Below, piece by piece: positions 1 to 12,389 of a stretch of 64,000 nucleotides of DNA. Under the pieces are notes generated by a model. The model had not been told where the DNA came from and made no database searches. It worked only from the letters and a program-made list of their open reading frames with translations. The number at the start of each line of letters is the position of its first letter. The stretch's first letter is position 1. Made by a program: the position numbers and the translations under genes. The DNA is taken from positions 8,992,142 through 9,056,141 of the forward strand of contig NC_068981.1 of assembly GCF_001194135.2 (NCBI RefSeq), read 5' to 3'. This stretch comes from Octopus bimaculoides (taxonomy: Eukaryota).

Positions 1-228
1 CTGGACAAAGAGAATGGAACAAACTTTTCAACTATTCTGGAGTAGATTTTACTTTGTTTTCTAAACATTGTGGCACCAGTGCTTTTTACATGGTACCAAA
101 TTTACTAATAAAATTTTAATTTCTAAATTAACGATAAAATTTTAGCATGAAATTTTTCTAAATAATTTACAAAATATCAAAATGTCTATATCACTCAAAG
201 TATGGCAAAGTTGAAATTTTCAACAATT

Positions 229-372
229 GACTGGTGTTAGGAAGGGCATCCAGCTTTAGAAACTCTGCCAGATCAGACTGGAGTCTGGTGTAGCCATCCG
301 CTTCGCCAGTCCCCAGTCAAATCGTCCAACCCATGCTAGCATAGAAAGCAGACGTTAAATGATGATGATGAT
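229..372 (+). repeat. Representative short RTE 3'-tail copy; about 30 copies in the window, e.g. 2080-2230(-), 5020-5195(+), 7130-7280(-), 11190-11330(+), 13590-13760(+), 17225-17430(-), 19350-19510(-), 20215-20360(+), 20385-20560(-), 38670-38810(-), 43020-43190(+), 57280-57435(+), 58050-58210(+), 62310-62480(-), 63000-63085(-)
   Basis: Recurring ggaagggcatccagctgtagaaac...ccaacccatgccagcatggaaagcggacgttaaa(tga)n. Confidence 0.9.
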
Positions 373-528
373 GACTTTGTGTTGTGTAGCAATGGATGAA
401 GGATTTTTACTTTTATTTGCCTTCAAGGGAAGCCAGTCCCAAAATGTAGTAACAGCTGTAAACTCAGGCACACAGAATCAGCTAATGTAAAAGAAATAAA
501 GACACCAAATGTTTGGTTGTAAACCTAC

Positions 529-741
529 CAGATGTTTCTGCGGACTGTCCTTGAAACAATCCAAACATATTTCCACTGGCTTTACTGACAGCAGCCATTT
601 TGGCAATTATTGGCAGATTGTGAATGACAAAACTGACTTCGTTTTTCTGAATTTTTGACAAGTTCTTTGCATGACCGATTAGGCCAAAGCCTGTGACATC
701 AGTGGCACCATGTGCATTGTATTTGTGCATCAGTCTAGCAG
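529..741 (-). CDS. SEPHS2: SPS coding exon 6: (A)[70 protein letters not shown](G)
   Basis: ORF track 482-892; acceptor tttccag, donor GTAGGT. Confidence 0.96.
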
Positions 742-3700
742 CTGGAAAGAACAACAATAAAATAAAGCATTCAAATGAGATGAAGCCATTAATAGTTACA
801 GAATGCTCAAAATTAAATTTAGAATTCATTTTTAAAAATACAATAAAAAAAAAAGAAACAATGAGTCCAAATTTCTTTTTAAAAAGGAACACTAAGTGTT
901 GTTGATATTATACAATAAACTCTCTGGAAAAGGTAAATTTGGATACATTCTTGTCAAGAGAACAAATATTGTAAAAGTGGAAGATTTAATAAAAGCAAAG
1001 GAGAAATCTTAACTCTGACTGTAGAAGCGAGAGGAACATAATAAGATGGAATTCATATACAGTAGCGTGGTTGAGTCTATTATCATTGTAAGGTAAATCA
1101 TGTAATATACAGTAGTGTGGTTGAGTCTATTATCATTGTAAGGTAAATCAGGTTATATACCAGTGCGATTTAGTCTCGACATGCTGCACATTGCTCTGTG
1201 ATAAGCTTTACGAATATCATCTTCACTGACAACCATTTTGAGCCGAGACATTCGTTCAGGTTCATCTAACCATTGATGGGCATTCACAGCAACCTGAGTA
1301 CCCAGGGGCTTGGTCAAAACAAGAACGTCACCCACTACAGCATTGTCTGGCCTGAAAGAAATAAAGTGATGAAAATAAGCATTTTTTTTAAAATTCTTTT
1401 CTTTATAAAAAGAGTTCAATATTAGAAGGAATCATCTAGAAGGAATAATCTGTCAAGATTTCAGCCCAGCTAATATGGATTTTAACTGTAGAAGCACCTT
1501 TGAAATGCCCCGTCTAGGATTTAACTATGCACATACATTTATATGTTTAACTAATCAACTGATAAAGAAAAACATTATTTACAAACAACAAACTGTTTCC
1601 AATAGTAATGAAAATTCTAAGAAAACATTTTAAATACTGAATAAAACAAAAGTTTAGCCAAAATTAAAGAGAAAGCAAAGCATTCTGTAAGAAAACCTTC
1701 AGGAAATAAAAAACAAAAAGAAACCACTGACCACCTTCAGAGTGGACTGTAGTAAGATTAACTAAACATGTTATGTACTATAATTAAATGATGGTGAGAG
1801 ACAAGGAAACCAGTTGGGAGCTTGTACCAAATGTTGTTAGACTCTTTTCGAAGATAGCTATGTCAGGGTCCAAACAACTTGTCTGGAGTTGGTACGTCCA
1901 TTTCATTCTACCTGTCCCTCTCTCCTTCCCTCTTACAAGTTGTTTTATGGAAAAACCACTTTCTATAAGACATTACGAAAGTGTGGAGCCAATCTTCTAA
2001 TTGCAAGGAAAATATTTTACAATTTTTGGAAAATAATTATTGATGATATTAAATGAGACTGTTGAAGAAATCATCATTTTACATCTGTTTTCCATGCTGG
2101 CATGGGTTGGATGGTTTGACCGGCTCCAGTGCCTGTTCTGGTATGGTTTCTATGGTTGGATGCCTTTTCCAACACCAACCACTCCACAGAGTATACCATA
2201 GTGCTTTTTATGTGGCACCAGCACCAGTTCTGTGGCAGACGGTTCTTCTTGAGTACAGCAGTGCACCAAATATCTCGGTCATTAGTCAAGACACAAAGTA
2301 CAGCTACGGGGAATTAGCTTTGTAAAAATGTTTTAGTCGAAAGTGTTCCCAACTCCATGGTTCTGGGTTCAGTCCCACTGTGTGACACCTTGGGCAAGTT
2401 TCTTTTACTACAGCCTTGGACCAACCAAAGCCTTATGAGTTGATTTGGTAGGCGGAAACTGAAAGAAGCCCATTATGTGAATGTGTGTTTGCTTGTCCTC
2501 CACTACTACTTGACAACCAGTGTTGGTTTGTATACGCCCCTTGTAACTTAGCAGTTTGGCAGTAAAGAATGATAGAGTAAGTAACAGGCTTGAAAAAAGA
2601 AAAAGTACTGTGATCAATTCATTTGACTGAAAAGTCTTCAAGGCGGTGCCCCAGTCTGGCCGCATTCTAACAACTGAAACGAATAAGATATAAAAGAGAA
2701 TAAATAGATTTGTTTCCTTACATTATAAATTCATTTGGTTGACATACTGTAGTTGCTACTCCACCAATGGTCAGCCAGGGATTAATAACTGTTTGACCAC
2801 CTGATACCTGGGTGCCAGCATCTTCAGCCAAGTCCTTCAGGGATTTACAAGAGATTCAATGAAAAAATTACAAGAAAATAGGNNNNNNNNNNAGGGGGGG
2901 GGGGAACTAAATATCTCAATTTCTCATTCATCATCATCTATCGACTACAGATTACAACTTGTATTTCCATAGGTCACATTTTATTATTGGTGTCTTCAGG
3001 TCATGGTTAGTAATGGGGGGAGGAGAAGCTGGCAGAATCATTAGCATGCCAGGAAAAATACTGGCATTTCATCTGTTTTTATGCTCTGAGTTCAAATTCC
3101 ACCAAAGTCGAGTTTGACTTTCAACCTTTCGAGATCAATAATATTAAATACCAGTTGAGTACCGAGGTTGATGTCACTGAATCAGCCCCTTCCCCAAAAT
3201 TGCTGGCCTTGTGCCAAAATCTGAAACCTATATTTCATTGAATACTAACTGTACAACAGCCACAAATGTTTTAAGTCTACTTTTATATGACATATTATAC
3301 TGGAAATATTCTATACTTTCTACCTTCTGTCCATGTACCCAAAGGGCTGGACCAGGTCCCTACTTGTTAATGTTGGCAGGAGACACATGTTGTCATCTCC
3401 ATCAGTGATAATATCCTATAATTATCTGTAGTTGTTTCACTAAAGTCACACTAACTGCACCACCACCACCACCACCTGTGTGTCCAAGTTCAGTTACTGA
3501 TGTAGTCATGGTGCTTGATCCAGCAGAAAGTCTGGCAGAGTGAAAGACGAGATCACGGTCTGTACAGTACGAGATCTGGATACCAGGTGGTGGTTTTGGT
3601 CATCACAACTCCAAACATAGATGAGTGAGACTAAAGAATGGACATGTAGAATTGCGTCCCCACTCTTTTCTAACATGATCCAGTTCTCGCTTCCAAACCA

Positions 3701-6700
3701 TTTTACTTCAACTTTGATGCTGTCACACAAAGTGTGTGATTTGTAATCATTCAACCACGGTAGTGGTTGAATATATTCCTAAGTCCACCATTTCGTCAAT
3801 CACAGCAGCTTCCAAGCTTCACCACTAATTCAATTCTCAACTAAATTGCAAACCATTAATAGTTTTAAAGAGGACACCTCCTCAGCTACACTTTGGCATA
3901 AATAGTTTGAGATTTGGTTCAGTAGAAAAAAAGTTAGCATATGTGAGACCTCAAGTGGGCAGTAAGGCAGGTATCCTTCTTCAATTAACATAAATTTTTA
4001 AATTTTTAAATAAAACTATACTTTTCTTAGGCTTAAATGATAGAAAAATGCATGAGGAATTCAGAATTGTTAGTTGCATTGAACAAAAATTAGTAGAAAA
4101 AGAGTTATGAGGTAAAATGTCATGAAATATAAAATAAGTGAGGAAGTAAGGGAGTAACACTCTGACCAATAAGAATATATTTCTAAAAACTATTACTTCA
4201 AGTAAAGTAAAGAATAAGAAACTATTGCGGGTAAAATTAAAATTTGAATATTAAAACTTATTTTAATATAGTTTACAAATAATACTATACTTATTTAAGT
4301 AGAATTTGGCTAGTTTACTACCTTAAATACAGAAAAAAAGTGACTAATTAGACAAACTTACAAATTAGCTGAACAGTTTTGTACAATAAATTTAAAAGAT
4401 GAGAACTGTAAAGAGTGATAAATTAGAAGAACTGGCATTCTTTGCCAAAATATTTTAAGTAAAAAGTTTCTTATTCTTTACGAGAAGTAATAGCTCGTCC
4501 TATACTTTTTCAGGTGTAATAACTTGTCCTGTACTTTTCCAGGTTTATAATTTTAAGAATATTACTTTTCATGCTCACATTTTTCCATGTAATAACAGTT
4601 CTTTGAAGTTCCACATTTGGTTCTTTCCACAGTTATACAGTTGAAAGAAATGAAATGGTGAGGAATACAATTTAGTGATCAATATTCCAAGTGCTGACTG
4701 AATCAACACCAACCCTCAATTATAGATGCCAGGGTTTCTAATACCTCATTCAAGAAAACAATACTAACCTTAAAGTCAATGGGACTCATAACAAAAACAT
4801 TCTTTTTTTATGGTTGTGTCACATAAATGGCACACATGCTGGTGGTACATAAAGTGTACCGCTGGGGCATTGGGCCTCACAGAGACAAAATGGCCAGAGG
4901 CAATGACCAAAACCTTTGGCATTATGTTGGGCTTGAGAAAAAGACCCATCAAGCCGAGCAAAATTGCAGTCGTGGCAGATACCAGTGTCATGCAAATGGC
5001 ACTCGTGCCGGTAGCACGTAACAGCACCCATTAAACTCTTGGAGTGGTTGGCGTTAGGAAGGGCATCCATGCCAAATCAGACTGGTGTGTGGTGCAGCCT
5101 TCCAGCTTACCAGCCCTGGTCGAACCATCCAACCTATCTATGCCAGCATGGACAACAGACATTAAACAATGATGATGATGATGATGATGATGATGATATT
5201 GATGGTAACTTTTCTTCAAATTGTTAAAATGTTTAATATTTCCCTCAAGATTTACATCAGAATTCTTGCAGCAACCAAACCTGAAATTCCAAGTTTCCTT
5301 TTCTTATATTCTTAGAAATTCTGTAAACCTTTTTTTTGCATTCAGATTGTTCTGTCAGATGTAATTCTTATTTATTCACATTATTTTGAATTAATGACTG
5401 TATTTGATGGCCTAAAAGATGCCCAAGTCGAGTGCACAGGACGCACCCAGCCTAGGCTATACTTTTGTAAAATAAATTACCACTAAAATAATGTTTTAAT
5501 TCCTCCACTTTATGTTATTAGCGGTAATTAGAAGCAATTTATTGCATCCACATCCGATATAAACATACCATAGACAGATGGCAGCATGCGTTTTGTAAAC
5601 AGACATACCGTAGGCAATTGGCAACGCCCTGCCATCCACGAACCCTCCCCTTCCCCCCTCTGATGTTACCATGTTCTTTCTTATAAAAATATAGAATTAG
5701 AAATGCATTCATGAGTTTTGAGCCTACACTGAGTGCATTGGACGCAGGGGAGGGGAGATTAAAGCCATTTGGGGGTAAAAAAAAAAGGCACGTCTTGCAG
5801 GCCATCAAATATGGTATCTACAAACTTGTAGCTTTGTGATTACGAAGATGTGATAGTTTATTTTTCTTTTAGGATGACATTCTAGGGAAGGTGTGAGAGG
5901 CCAGATCTGGCTAGTTTGAACATAAAACAAATAGAATATTTCAGCTAGATATTCTATTTGCTAAAGGGTTAAAATTAATATTTCCCAAATCCCCGGATTC
6001 CTTTCTAATTGTTTCATCCATCAAACTCTTTAATTTTTTTAGCTTTCAGATTACTTTTATCCAATGTAAAACAGATTTATTCGCATTGTTTTGAATTAAT
6101 CATAAATTATTTCATAACCTTGAGATTTCAATGTGATTACTTACTTTTAGTATGACATTGTAGGGTAGGTGCAAGAAGCCTAGTGTCAACATAAAGCAGG
6201 TCAAATATTTGGGCCTGATATGGCCCAGTTTAAATGCCAAAGGGTTAAAGCAATAAATACCACAGTAAACAACAGGCAGATATATTAATTAAGAGTATCT
6301 TTCTAATTAATTCACTAATTTAAAATGGAAACAGTAATAAAACTGACCTTGAAACCACGCATCATAATTGGAACGACCACATCTCTTTCTTTTTCTGTCA
6401 TTTTATTACTGACACCAAGCAACATGAGCATATTGTCACATTCGGTGACGCCCATTGCATACAAGTCACTTAACACATTGGCACAAGCAATTTTACCCTA
6501 AAAAAAAAAAGCAAAAGAAAAAAAGGAAACGGAATTATTTACATGAAATCATTTTTTTAATTCAATTCAGATGATAGTCATTGCACATCCAATGAAAAAT
6601 AGACATCACACTTTTAAGAGATTTACTCTTTGGGAAGTGTTGTCCCACTAATGAGAATAGATTAAAGAAACTTGGTCAATGTTACGTGTTCTATCTTGTA

Positions 6701-9700
6701 TAAAATATAAAATAGTAGACTTTGTACAGAAACGGGACATTATTAATTCACAAATATTTACAAAACCAATCAAACAGAAACAAACTGTTAATGCTTAAGA
6801 AAATATTAAGTTTAAAATAAAACAAAAAAGTTCAAACAAAGGGACATAATTCAATCATTTCTATATTAGTTTAGAAACTTCATGTTTCGGGGTTCAATCT
6901 CACAGTATATCTTCTGTAGTTTTAGGTACAAAGCTTGTATAATCACATGGAAACTATGCTGAAACCCATCAGGAACTTTAGTCTTAGTTTTCCATCACCT
7001 GGCTGCCGTTTGTTGAACCCCATTGCAAACACACAGACCAACTCCCCACTCTATAACTTCTTCCTTTCTTTGAGAGCTGCCCTGCTTCCTTCAACAAACT
7101 TGGTTCCTCTTCATTTCTAACTCCAGTTTCTTTCATCATCATTTTATGTCCACTGTCCATGCTGGCATGAGTTGGACAGGTCTGCTCTCTGAGACAGGGC
7201 GACTTTATACACTTGGCTTCATTTTGCATTGGTTTCCACGGTTGGATACCCTTATTAACCACCAACCACTTTCCAGTTGCCTGTTCCTTTACAGAGTGAG
7301 AAAGATGAGTGATAGTGAGGAGAGGGATGTGAGCAAGAAGAGGAGGAGGAGGAGTCATAGAGTAGATAATATTCTGAGAGATAGGTATGTCTATTAAAGG
7401 CAATATAACTGAGATGGCAGGAAGATGACAGAGAGTCTTTGTGACCCAAAGAATACATCAATGAAAGAGAATTAGGAGAAAAGGAACCAGAGTATATGCT
7501 GTCAGATAAGCTGACATAACTCAAGGTGATTGATAAGAGGCAGTAGAGGAGGATGAGGAGAGGATAAAGGTAGAGTGAATGAAGCACAAGTGACCTAATG
7601 TAACCACCTATATACATTCGTGATAAGATGGGGCCACACAGATTGAGTGGAACCCTAACCCTAACCTCTAACATATGAAATCTTAAAAGAGACCACTGCA
7701 AGACTAAACTTTATTTATAAAAGACGTGGAAATATTCTGGATTAGACAACTTTTTTTATCTTTAACTTCAGTCACTAAAAGGTGATTGGTATTCAATATA
7801 ACATCAACTAAACTCAATCTGTTCAATTTCAATTCTTTAAAACCTGATCCCAGGACAGATTGTTACATGGAAGATAATAAAGATAGGGAAAATATTTCAT
7901 TTTTTTACATTAATAGGTGCAGGCGTGGCTGGGTGGTAAGAAGTTTGCTTCCCAACCACATGGTTCCAGGTTCAGGCCCACTGCATGGCACTTTGGGCAA
8001 GTGTCTTCTACTATAGCCTCAGGACAACCAAAGCCTTGTGAATGGATTTGGTAGACAGAAACTGAAAGAAGCCTGTCGCGTGTGTGTGTGTATGTATATA
8101 TATATATATNNNNNNNNNNNNNNNNNNNNNNNNNNNNNNNNNNNNNNNNNNNNNNNNNNNNNNNNNNNNNNNNNNNNNNNNNNNNNNNNNNNNNNNNNNN
8201 NNNNNNNNNNNNNNNNNNNNNNNNNNNNNNNNNTGTGTGTATGTATATATATATATGTGCATGTGTATATATGTGTGTATGTATATATATATATATATAT
8301 GTGCATGTGTATATATGTGTGTGTGTGTGTGTGTATATATACACACACACATGTATATGTTTGTGTATGCGTCTGTCCCCCCAACATTGCTTGACAACAG
8401 ATGCTGAGGTGTTTACATCCCCGTAACTTAGCAGTTTGGCAAAAAAAGACCGATCAAATAAGTACTAGGCTTACAAAGAACAAGGGGTCCTGGAGTCAAT
8501 TTGCTCAACTAAAGGCAGTGCTCCAGCATGGCCAAAGTCAAATGATTGAAACAAGTAAAAGAATTTAAAAAATGATACAGAAATTAGTATTTATGATGTC
8601 ATTGCCAGAGGAAATGATGCTGACAAAAAAAAAATAGAATAAGAGATGTTGTGCTAGAAATAGCTCCAAGTATTCAGGAACTACACCAAAATTATAGAGA
8701 CAAGACAGAAATAGATTTACTGTATTATCATTTGATGTCTACTTTCCTATGATTGCATGAGACAGATTTTCTGTGGCTGGACGCTCTTCCTGTCACTAGC
8801 CCTCACCTATTTCCCAAAGTAATATTGTCCATGGCCAGACGTCCTCACACAATACTGGAAATGAATGACAATGCATATATGACAGGGACAATCATTTAAC
8901 AACTATCCCACACTATCAAGATGAGAAGGCACAAACATGTATACCGTTTACTTATAGATAGATACAGATGGGCTTCTTTCAGTTTCCATCAACTAAATCC
9001 ACTCACAAGGCTTCAGTCAGCTGAGGGATAGAGTAGAAGACATTTGCCTAAGGTGGTCTGAACAATTTATACAAAATAACTGCCAGAATGTGTATGGTAG
9101 ATCTGAAGAGACAAAATATGTCAGTAAAAATATGATAGATTTGAAATAGAAATATTTCTAAAATGTAGGATTGTGATGGGAATAAATGTCAAATAATTAT
9201 ATGATTTCTATTGAATTAGAGGAACTGTAGGACTATGGAGATGTTGGGCTGTAGGGATGATGTCAGCAGGACATGGAACTGTTTGGGGTACTTGGATGTT
9301 GGGCCATGTATCTAGTTTGGACTGGTTTCACAAACACAACCTTATAGATGCTGTATCAGGTTATTTTCCTCACATGCTTCTTTCATAGATGCCTTACAAA
9401 ATAATTTTTAAAGTTGCTACATGCAAGTTCCTATTGATGAAGTTATGATTATAAGGGCCATTTGGAATTTTAACAATGTATTAACATCTTGTGTCTAACC
9501 CATGCCAACATGGAAAGTGGACGTTTGATGATGATGATGATGATAAGATCTGCAAAGAGAAATAGCAAAGCCTGGGTCTATAATACTCAGACAGCCAAAA
9601 TGGAGATGAAACCAAAATTCCATTTCTGTCCTCCTGAGATAGTTTTTGTTTTTATTGAAACATTGAAAGATAAACACAGGGTGTGGAACAGGGAACCAGA

Positions 9701-12353
9701 CTTTTACTGAATGGATATCAATAATAGGATAAGAGAATCCATGGTGAGCAATGTTAATGACATACAATAGTAATTATCATTTAATGAGAAGCAACAGGTC
9801 AAACTTCTTGATGAAGAACTTCAGATCTGAGCAAAAAAAGAAGACAGAAGTCACAAGACGACACTGCTCAACAGATGAAGGGAAAGAACTGGCATAAAAC
9901 AGCTCTAAATAGGGTAGGCAATGAGAACCAATTCCTGCAAATTGTAGCATTTGACAGCTAAACTGATGTAGCCACTAGAACTTTACCTAGCAATACCTGC
10001 AAGTGCAGATTAACTAAACCATAGAATCCCAACACCACCACCAAAAAAAAAAAAGGGGAAGCAATGGGGTACACTGAGATTAATTAAATGACACTGTAAA
10101 GTACTTCTTCCTTCAGCCTCTTTATCCCACACGTCTCTTCAATGAACCAGAGAAAGAATTTAATGCTAATTCACTAATTAGGTTATTAATGATATATATC
10201 TAATGAGTACCTTCTGCTTAAACAACATACTAAATGCAGACGACTGAGCAAAAACAAATTGTTTTCCAACACGCTCATGGCTAATTTTCCCAATCCTCGT
10301 TAATTTTTAATCCACCCCTCTCCCCAAATATTCGAATTCCTTATCTATTGGATCTCTTTGATTTTTTAAACAGCTTTTTTTTCTTTATTTCACTAATTCT
10401 TGTTTACATTTTTCCAAAAGAAATTCTCACATAATCTCAAGTTAACAAAATCATTTTTTTACATTATCTTATTCTTATATCCATTACTTAAAACATTGAT
10501 TTGGATAAAACTGAAATATGGATTTCAAATTTTGGCACAAAGCATGCAAGTTCAGAGGATAGCAGGGGCTGGGGGGCAAACTGAATGCATCTCCCACGCA
10601 ACTGGTACTTATTTTATTGACAGACAAAGACTGACTAAACGCCTCTAAACATTTTGCCTGGCATGCTAACAATTCTGCCAGCTTAGATAAGATTGAAACA
10701 TTGAGAAGTGTTTAGCCATGAGCTGTTTATTTTCCAGTCTTCTTTAAAAACTTTTGGGTATAAAAGACTTGACAAGTTGTTCTGTTGTTGAAACATAAAA
10801 GAGGGAAAAGTGAGACGGATTAACCTCTACGGCTAAAAATATCTTAAGGACTACTTACCATCATGTAAGGGTCATCTACAAGGGGATAGAAAAAGTCCGT
10901 TGTTTGTACCAATGAGAGCCCACCGTGCCGCAGGGGTGTCACACTTGAGTCCATGCCAATTCCTACAAAAGAAAATCAGTGCAAAACAAAATTTCAATTT
11001 CACTGAACAAATAAGAATATTTTTTTCTTTTAACATGAAAATTAAAAATCAAAATCGAGATGAGGGTGTGGAGTTTCAAAAGGACTCTAAAATGGCAATT
11101 CCCATATTAGAACTAAGAAGTATCCAGAGAAAATTCAAGGAAAAATAAAAATTAGTAAATACAAAGAAAAATAAAGTCAGCAGTTTGGAATATGTGGCAC
11201 ATAAAAAGCATCCATTACGCATCTAGCTGTAGAAACTTTGCCAGATTAGATTGGAGTCTGGTACAGCCTTCTGGCTTGCCAGTCCTCAAACTGTCCAACC
11301 CATGCCAGCATGGAAAGCAGACGTTAAAAGATTAAAATATTTACTCAGTTCATACAAATGCTCGTGGTTTGTTGTCCTTTCAAACAACTGCAAATATTTC
11401 AACAAACAGCAACACTATTTCTTACGAAGTGATTCTCTTTAAACATAAAACTTAAATGAAATCTTAACTCTAATTACTTCTCTCCATTTTCACACAGCTT
11501 GAAAAATGTTGAAAACAGTAATGGTCAGACATCCCAATATCCAAAGATACAAAATATATTTCAATGTCCCCAGTTGTGAGAGGTACAAGTGTTAGGCAAC
11601 ATTGTTCAACTCATCAGACTATTATTATTAATCTCTATTATTATTAATACACTTTCAGGCCTTGTGCTTCTGTTACAAACCATTAAATATCTGTTTTATT
11701 ATCACCAATGATTGTTTTCCCTCAGCAGTTTAGAGATGTCTTCAAAATCTTTCGTTTTCCTCTTTCAATAAACAATAAAAGAGGTTTTAAAGAGAGAGTT
11801 GCCTTTATTTCCATAAAGGGTCTCTGAACCCTTTAGCATTTAGACTACACTGTCAAATGCAATGCTTATTTATTCACACTGCTTTGAATTAATCATACAT
11901 TATTCTGTAACTCCAACATTTCAATGATGTGATTGTTTATTTTTAGAATGACATTGTAGATAGGTGTGAGAGGCTGGATCTAGTCAGTTTCAATGCTTTG
12001 CAGAGCTTTTCCTGACAAGTTCTGTGTTCAAATCCAGCTTAGATCAACTTTGTCTTTTATTACTGCAGGGTTAATATAATAAAGTACCAGTCTAGTGCTG
12101 GGGTCAACAGTAATGACTAACCCCCAAACCCTCGAGCCCAAATTAGAAACTATTATTATTAATACAGTTCTATATTTAAGAGATGAGGAATTATTAACAT
12201 TATTTATATTATTTACATTTGACGGATATTTGTCCTCATCTTGTTTGTTGTTAACACAACGTTTCGGCTGATATACCCTCCAGCCTTCGTCAGGTGTCTT
12301 GGGGAAATTTCGAACCTGGGTTCTCATTCCTAACGATGTTACTATTATTATAA

Positions 12354-12389
<36 letters not shown>

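Noticed and set aside
1-528. Last SPS exon and SECIS element
   Set aside because: Not present; only intron and a LINE tail. They must lie left of the window.
3480-3850. 82-aa ORF 3506-3754 as a gene or mariner relic
   Set aside because: Only a faint YPDL similarity to mariner and no splice support; cannot be assigned.
7650-7672. Telomere-like CCCTAA repeats (also near 14866)
   Set aside because: Only 2-3 units, embedded in or beside repeats.
7917-7990. tRNA gene
   Set aside because: SINE head with box-like motifs but no cloverleaf.
7910-8426. Long ORFs spanning N runs and microsatellites (also 24932-25879 and 42023-42601)
   Set aside because: Artefacts of gaps and dinucleotide repeats.
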